From an uncultured Calditrichota bacterium (GTDB lineage: Bacteria; Calditrichota; Calditrichia; JAJRVZ01), in assembly GCA_964445625.1 (NCBI GenBank), contig CAYULK010000002.1, positions 1 to 31,186 of the forward strand: a DNA stretch of 31,186 nucleotides, read 5' to 3'. Both the position numbers and the translations under genes were made by a program. Of this stretch, positions 27,654 through 31,186 are shown one piece after another. Position 1 is the first letter of the stretch; each line of letters begins with the position of its first letter. The notes beneath the pieces are model-generated. The model worked only from the letters and a program-made list of their open reading frames with translations, searched no databases and was not told the DNA's origin.

Positions 27654-28886
27654 ATGACTAAAAATTCTACACTATTACTACTGATAACATTGCTATGTTC
27701 AACCACGCGGGCCCAGCTATCCCAATGGGAGTTTGGCGGGTATGCCAAGGATCTGATTACATATGCCGATGATGATTATTCTCTGCTTCCTGAAGAATTT
27801 GAAAATTTCCAAAATTTTGAAATCGGCAGATTACAAAACACAGCACAACTTCGTCTGAACCTGTTCTGGTATCCTGCTGATGGATTGACTTTTACTGCCC
27901 AGGCCAGAAATCTGTTAATTTATCAAAAGAATATAAAACTCAGTCAGAAGTTTTTGAGCAATTTGACGACGGATAGTTATTATTTTGATCTCAAAGTCGA
28001 ATGGAAAGAGGAGGATGACTGGTATGCTTCTTCAGAGATAGACCGTCTGTATCTGGATTGGATTTATAAGGATATTGAGGTGATTCTCGGCCGGCAGCGT
28101 ATTGCCTGGGGAACCTGCCTGGTCTGGAATCCTACCGATTTTTTCAATCCCTACGATATCCTGGATTTTGACTATGATGAGCGATCCGGTACAGATGCCG
28201 GACACATACAATATTATACGGGCTCATTGTCCCAGTTCAATATTGCCGTTACACCGGGGCGTACAAAAAATGATGTGATATATGCCGGACGGTATGTGAT
28301 GAACTATTTGAATTACGATGTGGCTCTGATTGCCGGATGGTATCGAAACAGCCTGAAACTGGCCGGCAACTGGGCCGGAGAGATCTGGGATGGAGGATTC
28401 AGGGGCGAAGTGCTGTACACCGATCCTGATATCCGTTATACAACATTTAATTTACAGCCTGAAGATCTTACTGATTTTATCGTTGAAAAACATATTCAAA
28501 CTCCTTACTGGACGATTGCGCTTTCCTATGATTATACTTTCGGGAATAGTTTTTATACGCATACCGAATATATATATAACGGATTGGGTACGACTGAAAA
28601 TGCAGGATATCGCCGGTATGATATTCTGTTCACGGGTGAACTTACCCCGGCGCGTCATTCAGTGTTTCAGGAAATTGCCTATCAGATATCAGCGCTCTGG
28701 CGTGGAAGTTTTTTTGTAATCTATAATCCGACAGATTACTCCTGGATTGGGGCGCCCGCGATACAGTATTCACTGGCGAATAACTGGGAGCTTTTCCTGA
28801 TGGCCTTTCCATCCGGTGGTGAATCAGGTACCGAATATGGTGGGTTCCCAACGCAATATTTTGGAAGAGTGAAGTATTCGTTTTGA
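27654..28886 (+). CDS. Hypothetical exported protein, probable outer-membrane beta-barrel
   Basis: Signal peptide, alternating aromatic strands, IDRLYLDW / GRQRIAWG / NPTDFFNP segment, C-terminal VKYSF ending in Phe. Confidence 0.7.
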   Translation: MTKNSTLLLLITLLCSTTRAQLSQWEFGGYAKDLITYADDDYSLLPEEFENFQNFEIGRLQNTAQLRLNLFWYPADGLTFTAQARNLLIYQKNIKLSQKFLSNLTTDSYYFDLKVEWKEEDDWYASSEIDRLYLDWIYKDIEVILGRQRIAWGTCLVWNPTDFFNPYDILDFDYDERSGTDAGHIQYYTGSLSQFNIAVTPGRTKNDVIYAGRYVMNYLNYDVALIAGWYRNSLKLAGNWAGEIWDGGFRGEVLYTDPDIRYTTFNLQPEDLTDFIVEKHIQTPYWTIALSYDYTFGNSFYTHTEYIYNGLGTTENAGYRRYDILFTGELTPARHSVFQEIAYQISALWRGSFFVIYNPTDYSWIGAPAIQYSLANNWELFLMAFPSGGESGTEYGGFPTQYFGRVKYSF

Positions 28887-29339
28887 TCGCCAGGAGGCCA
28901 GTGCAGTAAAATTTTGCTTTGCTTTATGATTTTTATCGAGAGCCGATTTGAATTCTTCAGGTAACTCAAACGAAATTTGCGGGCGGTCCGGTTTTTCCCA
29001 CATACCATTCTGCTTCGCGATAGCGACCTTGTGTAAACCGGGTTTGGTCATGCGGCTTTGATTGATCAAACGGGCGACCCGTTTTTTATTCGATTCTGAC
29101 CAATTACTGTTATTTTTGCGGGGGGTAAATTTTCTGGCATATTTTTGTTCGTCGATCTTCCTGATAATACTATCCACCCAACCATAACATAGTGCTTCTT
29201 CAATGGCCTGTTCATATATCAGTGTCGGCTTGCCGGTTTCCTTTTTATAGAAAACCAGCCATATGCCGGAGGACTTATTATGATTTCCAGCCAGCCAGTT
29301 TCTCCACTCAGCAGTAATTTTAAAATCCAATTCTTCCAT
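28824..29339 (-). pseudogene. YdeI/OmpD-associated (OmdA) family protein, apparently C-terminally truncated
   Basis: EWRNWL..NH, IWLVFYKK, EEALCYGWVDS, FTPRK..SNWS..NK are YdeI motifs. Family similarity stops at about aa 149 (NFTALAS), after which the frame runs antisense into the upstream gene (63-nt overlap). Confidence 0.65.
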
Positions 29340-29355
29340 TGCAAATCCCCATAAA

Positions 29356-29429
29356 TAATTACGAATTACTAATGACTAATTACGAGCAGATGTATACAGA
29401 TACGATGTGTAATTAGTAATTTGTAATTA
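29356..29429. repeat. Imperfect inverted repeat built of AATTAC(G/T)-type heptads
   Basis: TAATTACGAATTACTAATGAC (from 29356) versus GTAATTAGTAATTTGTAATTA (29409-29429): 21 bp with 2 mismatches. Confidence 0.75.
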
Positions 29430-29448
29430 AACGGTGCAGGTCTTCTGT

Positions 29449-29814
29449 TTATTCATCCTTGCGGTGTACGGTATCCGGTGAAAACGCCGGAACACAAACG
29501 GCAATATATTCTGCGCCAATCGGTCCCGGTGTGCTGTATTGAACATTTTTATCTTTCTCGGCAATAAAAGCTTCGCCGGCTTTTATGATGAATGTATCAT
29601 CAGGTGTTTTAACATGAACTTCTCCTTTCAATACCAGCGTATACTCATTAAAATCAGGAGTTTGCGCAGGTTCTTCCCACCCCTGAGGACTTTTCATACG
29701 GGCAATACTTACATCTGAAGTGTCAGAATTAACAAGACCAATATATTCGTTTATAATTTTTAGTTTAGTCCCGGCTGATTTTATCTGAGTCGGCTTTTTT
29801 ATGTGATTTATCAA
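29449..29814 (-). CDS. Cupin domain protein
   Basis: TTG start after AAGGAG; SIARMKSP.GWEEPAQTPDFNEYTLVLKG, AGEA, YSTP, YIAVCVPAFSP. Confidence 0.85.
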   Translation of the reverse strand: MINHIKKPTQIKSAGTKLKIINEYIGLVNSDTSDVSIARMKSPQGWEEPAQTPDFNEYTLVLKGEVHVKTPDDTFIIKAGEAFIAEKDKNVQYSTPGPIGAEYIAVCVPAFSPDTVHRKDE

Positions 29815-29895
29815 ATTCTCTCCTTATAGTTTAGATGGTGTGGTAACTAATAACTGATGTGAAACCTACGACTTGCATTAAATATGCATCTGAAA

Positions 29896-29923
29896 ATTAA
29901 TACAATTCAGATTTTGTATTAAT
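29896..29923. promoter_or_regulatory. Perfect 10-bp inverted repeat, putative operator
   Basis: ATTAATACAA-N8-TTGTATTAAT in the cupin/MFS divergent region. Confidence 0.5.
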
Positions 29924-29932
29924 AATTTCTAT

Positions 29933-29961
29933 ATGTTATATTGCATTCTTTTAAAAGTCAA
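29933..29961 (-). promoter_or_regulatory. Putative sigma70-type promoter for the cupin gene
   Basis: Minus strand TTGACT (29961-29956), 17-nt spacer, TAACAT (29938-29933). Confidence 0.5.
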
Positions 29962-30024
29962 TAATTACTAAGTGTATATTATTATACAAGTTTTTAGTGA
30001 TTGATCATTCAAGAGGGACATAAG

Positions 30025-31186
30025 ATGGAAAAACGAACAGCATTTCCCGGTGTATTCTGGGTGGCCAACTCGGTCGAAGTACTGGAGAGGTTTGCTTATT
30101 ATGGTATTTACATGGGCTTTGGAATCTATATGGCATCTCTGGGCTATTCACAGGCACAACTCGGAATAATCCAGAGTTTGTTCCTGTTTTTTTCTTATGT
30201 GACACCGGTTATTTCCGGCACATTTGCCGACCGGTTTGGATTTAAAAAGATTCTTATCATCTCATATTTGGCATATCTGCCGTCAATTCTGCTGCTTATT
30301 CTGACAAAATCGTTTTCCGGAATTGCGCTGACCATGCTCAGCATTGCCCTGGCCGCAGGAATTTTTAAACCACTGATTTCTGGAACTGTACGTGCGGTGA
30401 CCGATAAAACAAATAAAACACTCGGTTTTGGAATTTTTTATGCCATGGTAAATGTCGGTGCCTCGTTTGGTCCTATTGTGGCTGGTAAATTACGTGCTAT
30501 TTCATGGAATCATGCATTTGTGGCCGCTGCTATTGCCATTGGTGTTATGCTTTTGATTACCATCTTTTTTTATAAAGAGCCTGAGCGTGAATTAAAACCG
30601 GTGCCGCTTCGTAACAAACTTTTAGAAATCTTTGAGGTTTTATCAGATATAAAGTTTTCAGTATTTCTCATTATAATCGGTCTGTTCTTCTGGCTTCCTT
30701 TCTGGTCATTCTTCAATCTGCTGGCCATATACATCGATGGCACTCTTGATACCGCAACCCTTTATCTGCAATTAAAGAGTGTCTTCGGCACAGCGTTTGC
30801 CAATTTTTTCTCGCATACCGATGAGCACGGTACCTGGCGCTTATTAGGCGAAACGGTTGCTCATACCGGTTATGTCATAATGATATTTCAAGTTCTTGTT
30901 TCCCGCATTTTTGAAAAACGTGCCGCAGTTTCAACCTTTTTAATCGGACTCGGTGTCTTGGCAGTAGGATTTTTAGTACTGGCCTACGCCAATATCGGCT
31001 CAGTAGCCTGGGTGTTTCTGGGTATTACCTTCGTAGCTATCGGTGAAATGATATCCTCCCCCAGAATCCAGGAATATATCACCTGGATTGCACCAAAGGA
31101 GAAAGCCGGCCTGTATATGGGTACGAATTTCCTGGCCATTGGTCTCGGCGGTGCCTTAAGCGGTGTGGTTTATACGTCCTTATATG
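30025..31186 (+). CDS. MFS transporter, POT/PTR (proton-dependent oligopeptide) type, runs off the window end
   Basis: Not in the ORF track; translated by hand from ATG 30025: MEKRTAFPGVFWVANSVEVLERFAYYG (ExxERFxYYG motif), GTFADRFGFKK, GIFKP, GFGIFYAMVNVG, IGEMISSP; no stop before the window end. Confidence 0.88.
   Translation, partial: MEKRTAFPGVFWVANSVEVLERFAYYGIYMGFGIYMASLGYSQAQLGIIQSLFLFFSYVTPVISGTFADRFGFKKILIISYLAYLPSILLLILTKSFSGIALTMLSIALAAGIFKPLISGTVRAVTDKTNKTLGFGIFYAMVNVGASFGPIVAGKLRAISWNHAFVAAAIAIGVMLLITIFFYKEPERELKPVPLRNKLLEIFEVLSDIKFSVFLIIIGLFFWLPFWSFFNLLAIYIDGTLDTATLYLQLKSVFGTAFANFFSHTDEHGTWRLLGETVAHTGYVIMIFQVLVSRIFEKRAAVSTFLIGLGVLAVGFLVLAYANIGSVAWVFLGITFVAIGEMISSPRIQEYITWIAPKEKAGLYMGTNFLAIGLGGALSGVVYTSLY

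Noticed and set aside
12969-29429. CRISPR array, suggested by the several intergenic repeats
   Set aside because: Units are 7-10 nt tandem or inverted with no unique 30-40 nt spacers, and there are no cas genes.
122-30205. The many 60-180 aa ORFs in the track overlapping long genes (e.g. 390..779, 3209..3754, 26949..27485, 30005..30205)
   Set aside because: They are antisense or alternate-frame shadows of well-supported genes, with no recognisable motifs.

Overview
Bacterial window, probably from a non-Bacteroidota FCB-group lineage such as Calditrichota or KSB1. This is inferred from SusC/SusD occurring with sigma70-type TTGACA promoters and strong Shine-Dalgarno sites. Bases 1-18 kb are one minus-strand cluster: susC, susD, an FG-GAP/ASPIC-UnbV lipoprotein, a GH97 alpha-glucosidase, an asparagine-synthase-like PP-loop enzyme coupled to a RaSEA (TIGR01210)-like radical SAM enzyme, a TPR+FG-GAP+ASPIC-UnbV lipoprotein, and a third FG-GAP lipoprotein cut by the window edge. 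Next come a DUF4136-like lipoprotein and an unusual 902-aa protein fusing a ROK sugar-kinase-fold domain to two PAS domains and a CheA-type Hpt+HATPase core. A TetR-led operon follows (LolA-like protein, two FtsX/MacB-type permeases, ATPase, outer-membrane protein), with spacers packed with REP-like and 7-nt-periodic repeats. The window ends with a truncated YdeI/OmdA gene, a cupin and a partial POT-type MFS transporter. The best candidates for new biology are the ROK-PAS-PAS-Hpt-HATPase sensor and the AsnB-like/RaSEA-like pair inside a glycan-uptake locus. No RNA genes, CRISPR arrays or transposases were recognised. All family assignments come from motif recognition by eye, not database searches.
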